A stretch of DNA of 64,000 nt from Eledone cirrhosa (taxonomy: Eukaryota), in NCBI GenBank assembly GCA_964016885.1, contig OZ024745.1:83948001-84012000 (forward strand). The letters run 5' to 3'. The notes beneath the pieces were generated by a model. That model was not told the origin of the DNA. It saw only the letters and a program-made list of their open reading frames with translations, and made no database searches. This document shows positions 14,054-27,399 of the stretch, one piece after another. Within the stretch, counting starts at the first letter, position 1, and each line of letters begins with the position of its first letter. The position numbers and the translations under genes were made by a program.

Positions 14054-14111
14054 ATACTATGATCATTTCAATGACCGGGTTCCGTATGAATCCGGTGATA
14101 TCATCAGGTAT
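14054..14111 (-). ncRNA. Type I hammerhead with palindromic helix III
   Basis: ATAC-CTGATGA-TATCACCGG..CCGGTCATT-GAAA-TGATCA-TA-GTAT. Confidence 0.78.
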
Positions 14112-14488
14112 TCGAAATATAATAAATGAATGATATAATCCATGAGGCTGAAAATCAAAGACCGGAGGACGACCGACATCTAGCATCTTCCACTTTTGCC
14201 GGTCGCCCTCAAGTAAGGGGGCTAAAGCTTATAGTCTGCTACTACCAGTCAAATAGAAGGTCAATTAATTATGGTCAACCTTAATGTAATAATATGGAGA
14301 GTACTCAACGTAAAGCAGTTCAACCGTCTTCGTTTTTGTAGTTGACCGGTAGTAGCACACTATAAGCTTTAGCCCCCTCACTTGAGGGCGACCGACAAGA
14401 GTGGAAGATGTTAGATGTCGGTCGGCCCCCGGTCTTTGATTTTCAGCCCCATGGATTTTATCTATTACATTCATTTATTATATTTCGA

Positions 14489-14546
14489 ATACCTGATGAT
14501 ATCACCGGATTCATACGGAACCCGGTCATTGAAATGGTCATAGTAT
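14489..14546 (+). ncRNA. Type I hammerhead (inverted partner of 14054-14111)
   Basis: ATAC-CTGATGA-TATCACCGG..CCGGTCATT-GAAA-TGGTCA-TA-GTAT. Confidence 0.78.
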
Positions 14547-14591
14547 AATATACCTTTCAAGGATTTACACAAGTCCAGCCTCCTGTCATTT

Positions 14592-14646
<55 letters not shown>

Positions 14647-14876
14647 GGTATCCGCAGTGAGTTTCCTCCTAGTAGATGTTTATGCCAATTCGACTATTAA
14701 CGCCATTCAACCATTCCTTTCAAAGGGTCATGACCTCAACTAAAGTGTAACTAACCTTACATAGATCAATAACGGAGTATAGCTACAATGTATTATCATC
14801 ATCTAGAAACGATCGTAAAGCAGTGAAGTATATATCTAATGACTTGATATTTTATTTCATTGTTTTAAATTATATA

Positions 14877-14919
<43 letters not shown>

Positions 14920-14925
<6 letters not shown>

Positions 14926-15235
14926 TGCCCCCTCGCTATCGAGTATGGCCATTGCACGGTATACCATTATTAGTAATTATTAATTAATTCTATCGTGCAA
15001 TGTCTGTGCGGGAAGATATTTTTTTAAGTGAGGAAAGACTGTGCACTGAGCCAATCCCACTCTCTGAGCGACAGTAGCTATAACCCGAAAAGAGGAAAAG
15101 ATCGACATCATCGGTAACTACTGAGCCGCAGGTTTGATATCAGTTTATCCCAGTTTCTTGAGTTGCCTTCTCCTAGAAGAATGCCCTGACAAAGGCTAGC
15201 GGGTCCTTCAATTCCAGTGGTTTAACTGCGCGATA
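14920..15235 (-). mobile_element. Possible RTE-derived non-autonomous fragment (5' UTR-like and 3'-end-like parts)
   Basis: Minus strand CTAGCCTTTGTCAGGGCATTCTTCTAGGAGAAGGCAACTC resembles RTE 5' UTRs as I recall them; not verified. Confidence 0.4.
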
Positions 15236-15349
15236 CATGTCTATATACATATTTACACACTTTTGGATGGCCGTTGACTCTTATGAGTTCTTCCGCCCTT
15301 TATCAGGTTTTATTTTTTGTCCTGCAGAGTATCCAGAATCATATATATA

Positions 15350-15827
15350 TATAAGTATGATTACGTACATACATATATGTATACAGACGTATAGTAGTAT
15401 GTATATATATATATACATACATGCACACATATATATATATATGTACGTATGGATTCACCGAACATTTATTATAATGTTCGGTGTGTTTGTAAACAAACAT
15501 CCCGAATTAAGCCGTACAGTGTCTTGCAAACATCGTTGCTCATTTGTTCAACAGGAACGCTGTACTAGTTTCAAGCTTATTAGTTATCGTCAGCAACGTA
15601 TACCTTCCTGCCAGGTGATTGAACGTCTGAAAGTATATACTTTTCTTATACTTATTAACGGCTGAGCAGCCCAATTTGCATATCGAGTGAGTTAATCGGC
15701 CGGGGTACCGAAAACGATACATACTACTGTACGTCTATATACATATATGTATGTACGTATACATACTTATATTTAAGTAATAGCCGTACTAAGAGTGAGA
15801 AATGAAATTTCGTTTCATTTTTCCGTT

Positions 15828-15830
<3 letters not shown>
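15350..15830 (-). mobile_element. Diverged copy of the array retrozyme-like family, with an inverted segment at 15722-15828; HHR at 15557-15599
   Basis: Alignable with the 28945-33395 unit. Minus strand: CGTTG-CTGACGA-TAACTAATAAGCTT-GAAA-CTAG-TA-CAGCG. Confidence 0.85.
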
Positions 15831-15852
<22 letters not shown>

Positions 15853-15858
<6 letters not shown>

Positions 15859-16660
15859 ATTAGAACCCTGTAACCATTAAGCTCTAAGTATAAAGTACAA
15901 ATAAATACTGAGCCGATTAACAATATATAGTAAGAAACACAGTAAACCGTGTGTCTAAAATTACAAGGGTTGAAAAACCACATATGCTTGAAATATTTAA
16001 CCACGAAACAGACAGAATGACAGAATGAAAATAAAAATATATTATCATAATAATACAAACCGCCTCAATAACCATTATATCTCTCGGACAGATTATCCCT
16101 AATCTGTTTAGCCCTGAGTGTGTTTGTAACAGATAATCCTGGGCTTCATCAGCGAGAGATTGCGATTAAATGCCACAAATACTATTTGCCAACGTTCACA
16201 CAGAAAGATGAATTCATCACCTCGTGCTTCGCCAGTCAAACGTGGTAAGCGCGTATTGAACAGAAATAACAGTCCAACACGCACAACTTAATAGCTCAAC
16301 TTGTAAGGGAGCAGAAATATATATATGAGAATTAGAATGGCGAAGCACGAGGTGATGAATTCATCTTTCTGTGTGAACGTTGACAAATAGTGTTTGTGGC
16401 ATTTAATCGCAATCTCTCGCTGATGAAGCCCAGGATTATCTGTTACAGACACACTCAGGGCGAAACAGATTAGGGATAATCTGTCCGAGAGATATAATGG
16501 TTATTGAGGCGGTTTGTATTATTATGATAATATATTTTTATTTTCATTCTGTCATTCTGTCTGTTTCGCGGTTAAATATTTCAAGCATATGTGGTTTTTC
16601 AACCCTTGTAATTTTAGACACACGGTTTACTGTGTTTCTTACTATATATTGTATATATAT
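15853..16660. mobile_element. Head-to-head copies of a ~472-bp HHR repeat
   Basis: ATGAGAATTAGAA occurs at 15853 and 16325. 15920-16232 is inverted at 16338-16652. Confidence 0.82.
16412..16493 (+). ncRNA. Full canonical type I hammerhead ribozyme
   Basis: ATCTCTCG-CTGATGA-A-GCCC..GGGC-GAAA-CAGATTA-GGGA-TAATCTG-TC-CGAGAGAT. 8-bp stem I, 8-bp stem III, GUC at 16483-16485. The inverted copy at 16079-16160 has G12>U. Confidence 0.93.
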
Positions 16661-17131
16661 ATATATGAATATATGTATAGTATATTTGGCAATATACCGT
16701 ATGTTTAATTAAAAACACTTTGAAGACCTTGCGCTGTCATTTTTAAATGTATTGACTATGTCACTTACTTCTTTTTTCGGTAAAAGAAGGGAGAGAAGCT
16801 GACAGATTCTGTTTCACGCTGGTGGCGATCCTCAGATCATCGTAGTCACCGCCTTTTCCGAAAATTACAGAGGTTGGATTCTTATACAATTCCAGTAATA
16901 ATCAGGAACTGATTATGCAGAGCGATTGCCGATCCAGCAAAAATAAAAAATCAGGATTGGTGCTCTGAAATAGCGATGTATACATGTATGTTTATTATAT
17001 TTGGCAATATACGGTATACTTTAAAAATGATAGCGCAAGGTCATGAAAATGTTTTAAATTAAACATACGGTATATTACCAAATATACTCTATATACATTC
17101 ATGTATACATCGCTATTTCGGAGCACCAATC

Positions 17132-17135
<4 letters not shown>
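16660..17135 (-). mobile_element. Diverged copy of the 314-bp HHR repeat family with inverted tail; HHR at 16796-16840
   Basis: Homologous to 34800-35310. Minus strand: CTGAGGA-TCGC-CACCA-GCGT-GAAA-CAGAATCTG-TC-AGC. Confidence 0.75.
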
Positions 17136-17213
<78 letters not shown>

Positions 17214-17221
<8 letters not shown>

Positions 17222-17873
17222 GATAAGCAGAACAAGTAAAATTCAATCAATTTTTCAAAATACATTAAAAAATATAATATAAATATTTACCTCTTCTAGT
17301 GGCCCTTACTGATCAGTTTCGCTTTGTAAAACCTCATAAATCCGATGGATTTATGATGGAAAACCAAAGCTCATCAGAGAAGCATTTTCCCTTCCTAGGG
17401 CTAAACGTCCCAGGAACGACAAAATATACAACCTCCTGCCAGCTAATAAAGGTCTGAAAAGTCGTAAAAGTGACCCGTATGTAAACTGGACCGAAGTAAA
17501 AGCGGGAAAATCAAAGACTTGCTGTCTACAATTACTACTAAAAAAATAGCAGCCAAGTAGAGCAACAGATTTGTTCTCAACGGACGGAGAAAAAGGTAGA
17601 AGTTAATATGTCCAGGGATACTAGGTACCCCTAGAAATACATAGGTTGTCTATGATTCAAGGTTGTTCAATGGTGTTAATTTGATACACCAGAACTTTAA
17701 TATTAAGATAAGCAGAACAAGTAAAATTCAATCAATTTTTCAAAATACATTAAAAAATATAATATAAATATTTACCTCTTCTAGTGGCCCTTACTGATCA
17801 GTTTCGCTTTGTAAAACCTCATAAATCCGATGGATTTATGATGGAAAACCAAAGCTCATCAGAGAAGCATTTT

Positions 17874-17877
<4 letters not shown>
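17214..17877 (-). mobile_element. Retrozyme-like unit: 485-bp period, two identical HHR-bearing direct repeats (HHRs 17302-17383 and 17787-17868)
   Basis: Minus strand: TTCT-CTGATGA-GCTTTG..CATAAATCC-ATC-GGATTTATG..CAAAGC-GAAA-CTGATCAG-TA-AGGG. (TA)n on both sides. Confidence 0.87.
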
Positions 17878-17970
<93 letters not shown>

Positions 17971-17975
17971 TATAT

Positions 17976-18490
17976 AAATGGAATAGAATGAAACGAAATT
18001 TCATTTCTCACTCTTAGTACGTCACTTACTTAAATGTAAGTATGTATGTATGCGTACATACATATATGTATACAGACGTACAGTATTATGTATATATATA
18101 CATACATGCACACATATATATATGCACGGATCGATTTACCGAACATTTATTATAATGCTCGGTTTGTTTGTTTGTAAACAAACAAACAGCCCGAATTACG
18201 CCGTACAGTGTTTAGGCAACCACGTCACCTTTTTGTTCAACACTGACACAGGAACGATGTACGAGTTTCAAGCTTATTAGCTATCGTCAGCATCGTATAC
18301 CTTCCTGCCAGATGGTTGAACGTCTGAAAGTATATACTTTCCTTATGCATATTAACGGCTGAGCAGTCTAATTTGCATATCGAGTGAGTTCAGTTGGCCG
18401 GGCGCACCGAAAACGATAAATGGAATAGAATGAAACGAAATTTCATTTCTCACTCTTAGTACGGCACTTTCTTAAATGTATGTATGTATG
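17976..18490 (-). mobile_element. Diverged ~1.15-mer (441-bp period) of the array family; HHR at 18254-18296
   Basis: AAATGGAATAGAATGAAACGAAATTTC occurs at 17977 and 18418. Minus strand: ACGATG-CTGACGA-TAGCTAATAAGCTT-GAAA-CTCG-TA-CATCGT. Confidence 0.85.
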
Positions 18491-18582
18491 TCCTACTCGT
18501 TCCTATTACCCACTCTACTACCCTAAGTATTGAGTACTTTGGTGCGTTATGGTCCACCTGGTTCCTTACCACATTTCCTCCG

Positions 18583-19087
<505 letters not shown>

Positions 19088-19119
19088 ATAATAACTTGTG
19101 TGTTAGACCTCTATTCTTT

Positions 19120-19199
<80 letters not shown>

Positions 19200-19298
19200 C
19201 ATACATACATATGGCTTCAGATTCGTGTTACTTAATTAAATTAATTGATTACACTAACGGAAACTGAATAATAGTAGATTTCTATCTACCCCCCCCCC

Positions 19299-19350
<52 letters not shown>

Positions 19351-19354
<4 letters not shown>

Positions 19355-20051
19355 GGAATGAAAAATTGCGTGCTGTGTTGTTGCATATGTGATATACAAA
19401 TTAAAATGATGAATTAGAAATAGAAGCCAGGACTATCCATCATCAGTGGTCTACTAGCCATCATAGGTATTTCTTCTCAATAAAAGACCAGATACCTCAG
19501 GCTAGCGCGAACAATAACTAAAATAAATTATTGGGATAAAAAGAATTGGGTGGAGAAAGAGAGACAGGTAAACAAACACGAACGGTGAGGCAACGTAAAG
19601 AGAGGAAAGAATGAGAAAATCAAGTCAATGATTCATTTGAACATAAGAACTTGCGAATATTGACGAAAAGACGAAAGATACATCTTAACCGTGCGAAAAG
19701 TAAGCGAGGAAAGCATTTCGCACGGTGTGGGACGATGGAGGAAGTGAGAGAGTGGGTGAGTAGCAGAGAGTGAGTGAGTAAAAGTGTGAGGAAGAGGCTA
19801 GCCGAGAGAGGGTGACTAGCAGAGGGGTTGAATGAAAGTAAGAGGGAGAAGGAGAGAGAAGGGGGAGAGAGAAAGAGGGTAACAGTAAGAGAAGAGAAAA
19901 AGACAGGTCACAGCGAAGGGGAAAGCATATAGGAATGAAAAATGGCGTGCTGTGTTGTTGCAAATGTGATATACAAATTAAAATGAAGGATTAGAAATAG
20001 AAGCCAGGACTGTCCATCATCATGGTCTACTAGCCATCATAGGTATTTCTT

Positions 20052-20052
<1 letters not shown>
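19351..20052 (-). mobile_element. TA-flanked unit with ~125-bp direct terminal repeats (577-bp period) and a degenerate HHR-like core
   Basis: AGGAATGAAAAAT..TAGGTATTTCTTC occurs at 19354 and 19931. Minus strand CCA-CTGATGA-TGGATAGTCC lacks GAAA. Confidence 0.7.
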
Positions 20053-20118
<66 letters not shown>

Positions 20119-20814
20119 TTATACTATCGTTCCTATATATACTTAGTGATGGTGTAATTGCTTTTCCGTGCATGCTTATTTATGAATAGGTTTTCCTGAT
20201 TTAATTCTGCTTTACGATGTAGAGCCAAAATTGACCCGGTAAATAATATTTTCTTGTGTTTCTAAAAAGAGTAGTTGCATTGGTAACAAATCGCTTCCAT
20301 TGGAAACTAATAAAATTGTAACTACATTTCTTTGAAATACCAATACCCAAAATTCGCTATCTTAAAACTAAATTAAAAGCTAGATTAACTGTATAGTGAA
20401 ACATCTGTCCACACAATCAATCCTTTCACTAATCATACTCTCAGCCCATATTCCACCCGCCTCATTGTCAAGCTGGACATGCTTGATGTTTTTGATAACG
20501 TTAAGTGTGGGCATGTTCTGGCACATGGCATGGTTATATCTCTATAGAACAAACTGCCTAAGGATTTTAAAGAAAAGGGTCAATAATTACCTCTCCATAT
20601 CATAATTTCATTCAAACTGCCTGTTCACTTGTCATTTTCATTTATATTCTTCTTATCTTCCTTTTTTTCTATGTTCATCCTGTCATGTACCCCATAACCT
20701 TGAGTGGATTTAAATCCATGTTATTTAGTGACCTTTAGTACATAAAACACCGGCTAGAACAGTACATGAGCCAATGATGTCTAACAAAATGGTCGTTTGG
20801 AGTCGCCCCTCATT

Positions 20815-20993
20815 ATGCAGTATCAGTAGAGGGTCGGACGCCATGCTTTCCAGCATAGTTACGTCCCTTTACGATCTGAGTTCAAATCCCGCCGAGGTTG
20901 ACTTTGCCTTTCATCCTTACGGGGTCGATAAAATAAAGTACCAGTAATGCACTGGGTAATTGCTGGCCTTGTGTCTAAAGTAGAAACAATTAT
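20815..20993 (+). mobile_element. tRNA-derived SINE (Nin-domain-like)
   Basis: GAGTTCAAATCCCGCCGAGGTTGACTTTGCCTTTCATCCTTACGGGGTCGATAAAATAAAGTACCAG. Confidence 0.88.
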
Positions 20994-20999
20994 GTTGAC

Positions 21000-22500
21000 T
21001 AATGACGATGTTGCCAACACGATCAAGTGTTTGTCCATTATATCTAATTTTGTTTCGTAATTTACCGTTTTAACTACAGACCTCTCAACTCTCCTCGTCC
21101 AACAGGGAGATCTCCCACCCATTTGGGGTTGGGTGATAGATGGCTTCTCTTGTGAAAATTGTTATAGCTTTCAATATGTAAAATCTCCCCATTTTGCCAC
21201 ATTTCTCTCCGTTTTGGGGCACATTTATTCATGGTACTCCCTGTTTGGGTCTTTAGAGTTTGGTATGTCTGTAACTATATTATTTTCTGGATAACTAATT
21301 AGAATCAACAATTGTTAAGAATATTGTAACTTGTAGCAGTAGACTACGTTCTTGTTCTTAAAGTATCAGTCAAATGGACCATATACAAAAAGAAAGTGAC
21401 TCTTCGTCTCTGGGTAACTAATCTAAGATAGTTTGTATCGGGTGAAATAAATAAGTTTCTTCGCAAAGGGCATAATATATTTGTAATCACACTTATAACG
21501 CTGGAGAAACTATTGTATCCATTAAGTCAATTTACTTTAGAAAGTAAACTGCAACTACTATGAAAAGAGTATATTTTCAGGCTTAAGTTGCAAATGCTTT
21601 CATTCGTATAGAAACTGATTTTTCATAAATATGAAGTTAATTTTATAGCTGCAAGTAACCTGGGATTTAAAAGGATTCTATAATTTGTACATGATTCTAA
21701 CAAGCAAACGATGCTGAAGCTGAATTTATAAATAGAACTGCATATTGTGACATAGCTAATAGAATGCAGAAGACATTTACTTCCTCTTGGGTATTCGTTA
21801 AATTTACACTTTGTAGTATTGATCGTTTCATTCCCTTTATAACGAAACTCCGCTAAATATCGTATATTTGTTGCTAATGAACCGTAAAAGAAACAATTAT
21901 TGAAACTTTCGTATCTCTGCTTACAGATACGATTTTCCAATTCAACAATAATCGATGCTATATTGAGATGGATAACTATAAGATTTAAGATTGGTAAACT
22001 GGTGAAATGTACTTTTACACTTGCTAACTCTTTAGTTGTAGAATAATAAGAATAATGATTTAACATTTGTACTGTAATACACGAAGATATTTTGTTCTTT
22101 CATGAATATGTCTTTAACTTTCCAGAAGCTACAAACAATATATAGTAACAGCAATGGAAAATCCAATGGAAACGTAGCTTTTGTGATTCGATTCGAAATT
22201 GAGTGGAAGGAAACTATGTGCAAACCCATTGGATGGAATGTACCTGTATTTCAAAGGTTCAGCTTCCTCCCTTATTTGGAAATAGTGATTTTGTTAAGTT
22301 TGTATATGTCATCGGAATATTCAACTACTTACACGGCTAGCTGAGCAAATTATTGAATGCTCATCGTCGAAACAGACGAAGGATCCACCATGAAATTTAT
22401 TCATTTATTCATAACATTTTTAGAATAGATTTGTTGCACTGTTTTATTACTTTAATCGAAATAACACCACGATTTCATTTGACTTGGAAAATATTTTTTT
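21000..22500 (-). pseudogene. Possible highly degraded BEL/Pao LTR-retrotransposon integrase region
   Basis: Minus-strand fragments near 21000-21200 (KMWQN..; PK..GEISLLDEES..; ..DRV) weakly resemble the Pao integrase C-terminus; many stops. Confidence 0.3.
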
Positions 22501-23139
22501 TTTATAAAGGAAATAGAAAAGATCAAAAGGACTGGATAGCCGTGACTGGAAAACCTTGATCACATGACTGTTTTAACAGGATTTACATGTAATTCAACAA
22601 AAGTAACTTTTACTTCATAGATTTGCTTCAAACTTAAAATCGTAATAGATAACGATCTACATAACATAAACCGATTACCTATTTCTATCTTCAATTCAGG
22701 AGAGGCGGAGAATAAAAGAATCGGCGGAGAATGCCTGTGATATTTACTTACATCGATTTTTCTTCGGATTCCAAATTTTGTCGGGATGAACTTTCACTTG
22801 CATTCTTCCATCGGTCTATAAAAGTAGAACCAGCCAATTAGTATGATCGACGGAATTGTTTTCTCCCCTATTTATTTATTATTATTTAATCAATGTTAAC
22901 ATCCGTATAGAGTTAGGAAGCTATAACAGACTAGGGGAAGTATCTAGTACTTCTTATAGTTGAGAAACAAATCACAAAAATATGTTTTATTAATTATTTA
23001 ATTTTGTAAATTGTAAACAATCTATTTCAAATAGCAGCAACACTACAGATATTTAAAAATGGAAAATGAAGGGAAGGGCAAGGGCTTTAAGGTCACAGAA
23101 GAATGGGAGGAGGAAGATGGAGGGTGATAAGCACTCGGC

Positions 23140-23470
23140 CTAGGGCGAGGTGGTGTTGGGGTTGCGCCCTGCGGACAAGACCGCAAAAGCATTTCCACAG
23201 ACAATGGCCAGCGACACCTGCTGCAACAGCCACAATATACGGAGATTAGTGAATATAAAAATAATAATTAAAATTAGAAAATAAAACAGAATAAGATAAA
23301 AAATCTAAATAGGGAAGGCCAAAGGGAGCAAAATAAGCGTAAACAAGATAAAGAAAAATTGGAAAGCACGGGAAGTTGTAAAGCAGCTAGGAGGTTCTGT
23401 TGTTGAATATTTCCATAACATGTACTAAAATGAGTTTTTTCCTGCCAATGCTATAGATTTGTATACAATT
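23140..23470 (-). mobile_element. Degenerate CR1-like LINE 3' fragment
   Basis: Minus strand KNSF..LW..ST..PSCFTTS..FQ-like end. Similar to 25330-25500. Confidence 0.4.
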
Positions 23471-23722
23471 TCCACTCAAAGCAGAGGTTGAATAACTATA
23501 TTTTACTTTTGGCTCTTCATTAACACAGATACTTACCTAGCTACAGAGCTACTTAGCTAGCTACATACGTATCTATTTACCTATTTAAATATCCATACAG
23601 ATTAACATTAAAACCTAAACGAGAAGCAAAACGTTTATCGTTTTAAACTATTGATATTTTTGCTATGTCGTCATTATTTTCTCACTGTTTCAAACATTAT
23701 ATTGAACTACGGCAACATCCAC

Positions 23723-23895
<173 letters not shown>

Positions 23896-25329
23896 ACACG
23901 TACTGAAGGGTAATGAAATTAAGCTATTTGGAAAGAATTATGCTAATAACGTTATCTTATATAATTTGGGATAAGTTTTCCTCTTTCCATACGTCAGCAT
24001 ATGCAAATATATACTACTACACAAACAAACACATTCTCAAACCCATATGGTAATGCACTTGTATGTTTAATAAATAATTTAATTGCCTTCAATTATAAGA
24101 TGGAGATTTAAGATAGAAATTAAATTTGAATGGGAAATAATGAACGAAAAGACATAATTCCTTGTGAATTGATTCTAGAATAAATATTTCGTTGCAAACA
24201 AATTTATGCTTCGATATTGTACAATATATGACAAATTTGAATAACATGAGTCAGACAAGAGAGTGAAAATATTAGGGTGTGAATATAAGGGATCAGTGTG
24301 TAATGACGGCACGAATGAAAACGCGAGGGTTTAAAACTTAAAAAGAAAAGGTAACAAGAAACACATAGTTGACAAAATATATGCATGAAACAAGGTGAAT
24401 AGATCTGACATTTCGAGTTAAAGTCTTTATCAAAATAGAAAACGCTAAGCGAGGAAAAGAATAAGAAATCCGAAATAGAGTATAATCGATACATTGAAGA
24501 GTAGATATTGTATAAATAGAATAGAAGTTTGACCCTTTGGGCATGGAATGGACAAACAAACAAGGCTGGCAGTAAAAGCAGATATCGGGATGGAGTGTTG
24601 CTGTGAACTCATAATGGAAAGAGGGATTTATAAAGTGAGGTGGGAGTGAGAAGGAAAGTGGGCAGGGAAAAAGAACGAGAAATAGATTAGGAAGTGAAGA
24701 AGAAAAAGGGTGAAAAGGAGAGAGAAAAGAATCTGTCTATATAATTGACATTTCTTAATGAATGCCTGCTAATTTTTCAACGTAGATAAAAGCAAATGCC
24801 GCTATATATGCTATTATGTATTAGTCTAAACCCTTAACATATATTTTTATCTTTCATTGTATGCACATCACTTATTAGATAAAACAACCTCTACATACTT
24901 GACAGAAGATTAAATGTTAAAATCTTCAAATGGCATAAAGCTTCATGGTAAAGAGAAATTTCATTTTTGCTATACATGAATAAAATTTTCAAGAAGAATT
25001 TTTGTGACAGATATAAGAAATTTCGGTCTTGACAGAAAAAGTAGCTCATTAAAAGATTATTCGATAGTTGTCACTTAAGTTTTAAATGGAACTGTGATAG
25101 GTTTCCCAGAGCCATTTTAACTAACCCTGCCAAATTAAGTCTGTCGTAACATCCATACTAATGACAATCAGTTGACAAGATATTCTATGACACCATATAT
25201 AAAATATTGCGACATAGATCTCAAACGTCTCATACTCTCTATTTATTTAATCAACTTAAGCGTCCGTATAGAGCTAGTAAGCTATAACAGATTGGTAGCC
25301 TTTTCAGTCAAGAAAACAAAAAACAAGAT

Positions 25330-26050
25330 AGAGACAGAAAGAAAAAACGGAAGGTCATCAGGATGCACAAGAAGAATAAATAAGATAAAGAAAAGTGAAA
25401 AAACGGTAGTTATAAAACAGCTAAAAGTTTGTTGTTGAATCTCTTCGCATCCTTGATGTAATGAAATATCTTCTTTGTTGTTTGTAGATATTTGACAATA
25501 TATTGTATCTCCAGCCTTAGTATTTTTTATCAGCTTCAAGATATCCGTTCTCTCAGAATGGAAAATTCAGCATTGGAACAAATAGGGCCAAAGAGTTTCT
25601 GGGCAGTCACCACAAGAACTTAGATGTGATTCTTTACGAGATGTTCATGATAAAATATAGTTCAACGATGTTCGAAGCCAGCATAGTTGTTGTTTATAAA
25701 TATTGTTCAGTGTCTGATATGTTTTAAATGTTGGCAGAGCTGAGTGGGAGAGTAGAGAGTTGAACTATACTTGTTTTGAATGTCCCCAAGATTACTATAG
25801 ACTTCTAAGATACAAGATAATTTGTTTGTACTGCGTGCAATATCAGATTGTATGTGAATTAGAGATATATTTGATATAATCTAACATATTTATTACTATT
25901 AGAAATGTTATTGTCAAACAGATGAAACACAGTGAAATTGTGTAGTATTTGAACATGGGGAGAAGAGAGACAAAGGTATTTTATTCAATAATTTTTTTAC
26001 CTTTCATTTTTTCCGGGGCAATAAAGAAAATACTAGCCCACTGCTGGTGC
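25330..26050 (-). mobile_element. Degenerate CR1-like LINE fragment
   Basis: Coding-like composition; 3' end similar to 23330-23420; no intact ORF. Confidence 0.35.
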
Positions 26051-26259
26051 AACGCTCTTCTCAGCTGTCACATACCTAGATGGTCGTTTAACGAAATCAT
26101 GTTATCGATTGTGAGTGACGACTGTTATAGTGTATATATATAGTGTATATATATATAGTGTATATATATAGTGAATATATATAGTGTATATATATAGTGT
26201 ATATATATAGTGTATATATATATATATATGTCTCATTCTTTGGTCTCACACACTCGACG

Positions 26260-27280
26260 AACTAAATGATTTCAAAAATTTAATTAACGGCATCAATAAC
26301 CACATCCAATTCACAATGGAATACAGCCAAGATCAAATCCCATTTCTGTACATCTTAATCTTTAAAAAATAAAAAAAGACATAAATATTGAAACTGACAT
26401 ACACTACAAACCGACAGATTCCAAACAATACCTGCTATTCACCTCCAACCATCCAAAGCACACGAAGACGAACATCCCTTTTAATCTAGCAAGAAGAATT
26501 TGCACAATTGTCTCCAATTATGAAACGCGAAATAAAAGACTTCAAGAATTAAAGGAAATTCTACTCGAAAGACAGTACCCACCATTACTAATATATAAGG
26601 GAATAGAAAAGGCTAAAGCAATAGGCATTGATGAATTACGAAAACAGAAACAAATTCAAGCTACGTACAATATTCTATCATATAACTCAACACACAACCC
26701 AAGAAATGCGGAAGCTTACAACACTATTCACAAGAACATCCCATTATTGAAACAAGACCTAAGAATGAAAAAAACACTTGAAACACACAAAATAATCAAA
26801 AGCAAAAGACAACCGAAATCACTAAAACCATTACTCACCAATGCCAAATTATCTACCACAAACCCACAACCAGCTGTCAAAAAATGCGGTCGCTCTAATT
26901 GTGAAACCTGCACTCACCTCATTGAAGGCAACATGTATACATTTCAATCAGGACAAAATTTTGCTGTAAAAAATCACTTCACATGCTCATCAAAAAATCT
27001 TCTTTATGCCATTAAAAGTAAAGGATGCAATGAAGATTATATAGGACAAACTAAACTCACACTCAGAAACAGAATGACAGTTCATCGCCAACAATTACGA
27101 GATCCAACCACTAGACAGATACCACTAAGTGCACATCTAGACATATGCGCAAAAAATAAGACACCCAAATTCCAGGTCTTCCCATTTTATCTTTGCGCTG
27201 ACAATACAACAGGACAAATACGAATAAATAAGGAAAATATCTTTATTCAAAAATATAGACCAGCATTAAATATAGTTTAA
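26260..27280 (+). pseudogene. RT thumb, Cys linker and GIY-YIG of a PLE (disrupted)
   Basis: ORF 26747..27280: KRQPKSLK..CGRSNCETC..TCSSKNLLYAI..YIGQTKLTLRNRMTVHR..PALN. Confidence 0.9.
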
Positions 27281-27399
27281 TATACATTATGTCAACACCA
27301 TAACATGCTAACCATCCAAACATACACATACATACACACACAAACACCTTCTACTTTAGAATATAAAAACCAGAACTAAATAAACCTTAACATACGTTA

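Larger units (their letters stand above)
13861..14598. mobile_element. TA-flanked non-coding HHR repeat, A-B-A'-B(inverted) arrangement
   Basis: 13890-13980 is directly repeated at 14258-14345; 14003-14250 is inverted at 14343-14598. Confidence 0.8.

Noticed and set aside
14760-14825. TAGAT..ATCTA-GAAA-CGATCG-TA as an HHR
   Set aside because: A plausible 3' half, but there is no CTGANGA or stem I partner; not counted.
20860-20900. tRNA genes at GAGTTCAAATCC motifs
   Set aside because: These are SINE heads; there is no full cloverleaf.
21623-22066. 147-aa ORF as a host exon
   Set aside because: No recognisable domain or splice context; more likely decayed retroelement sequence.
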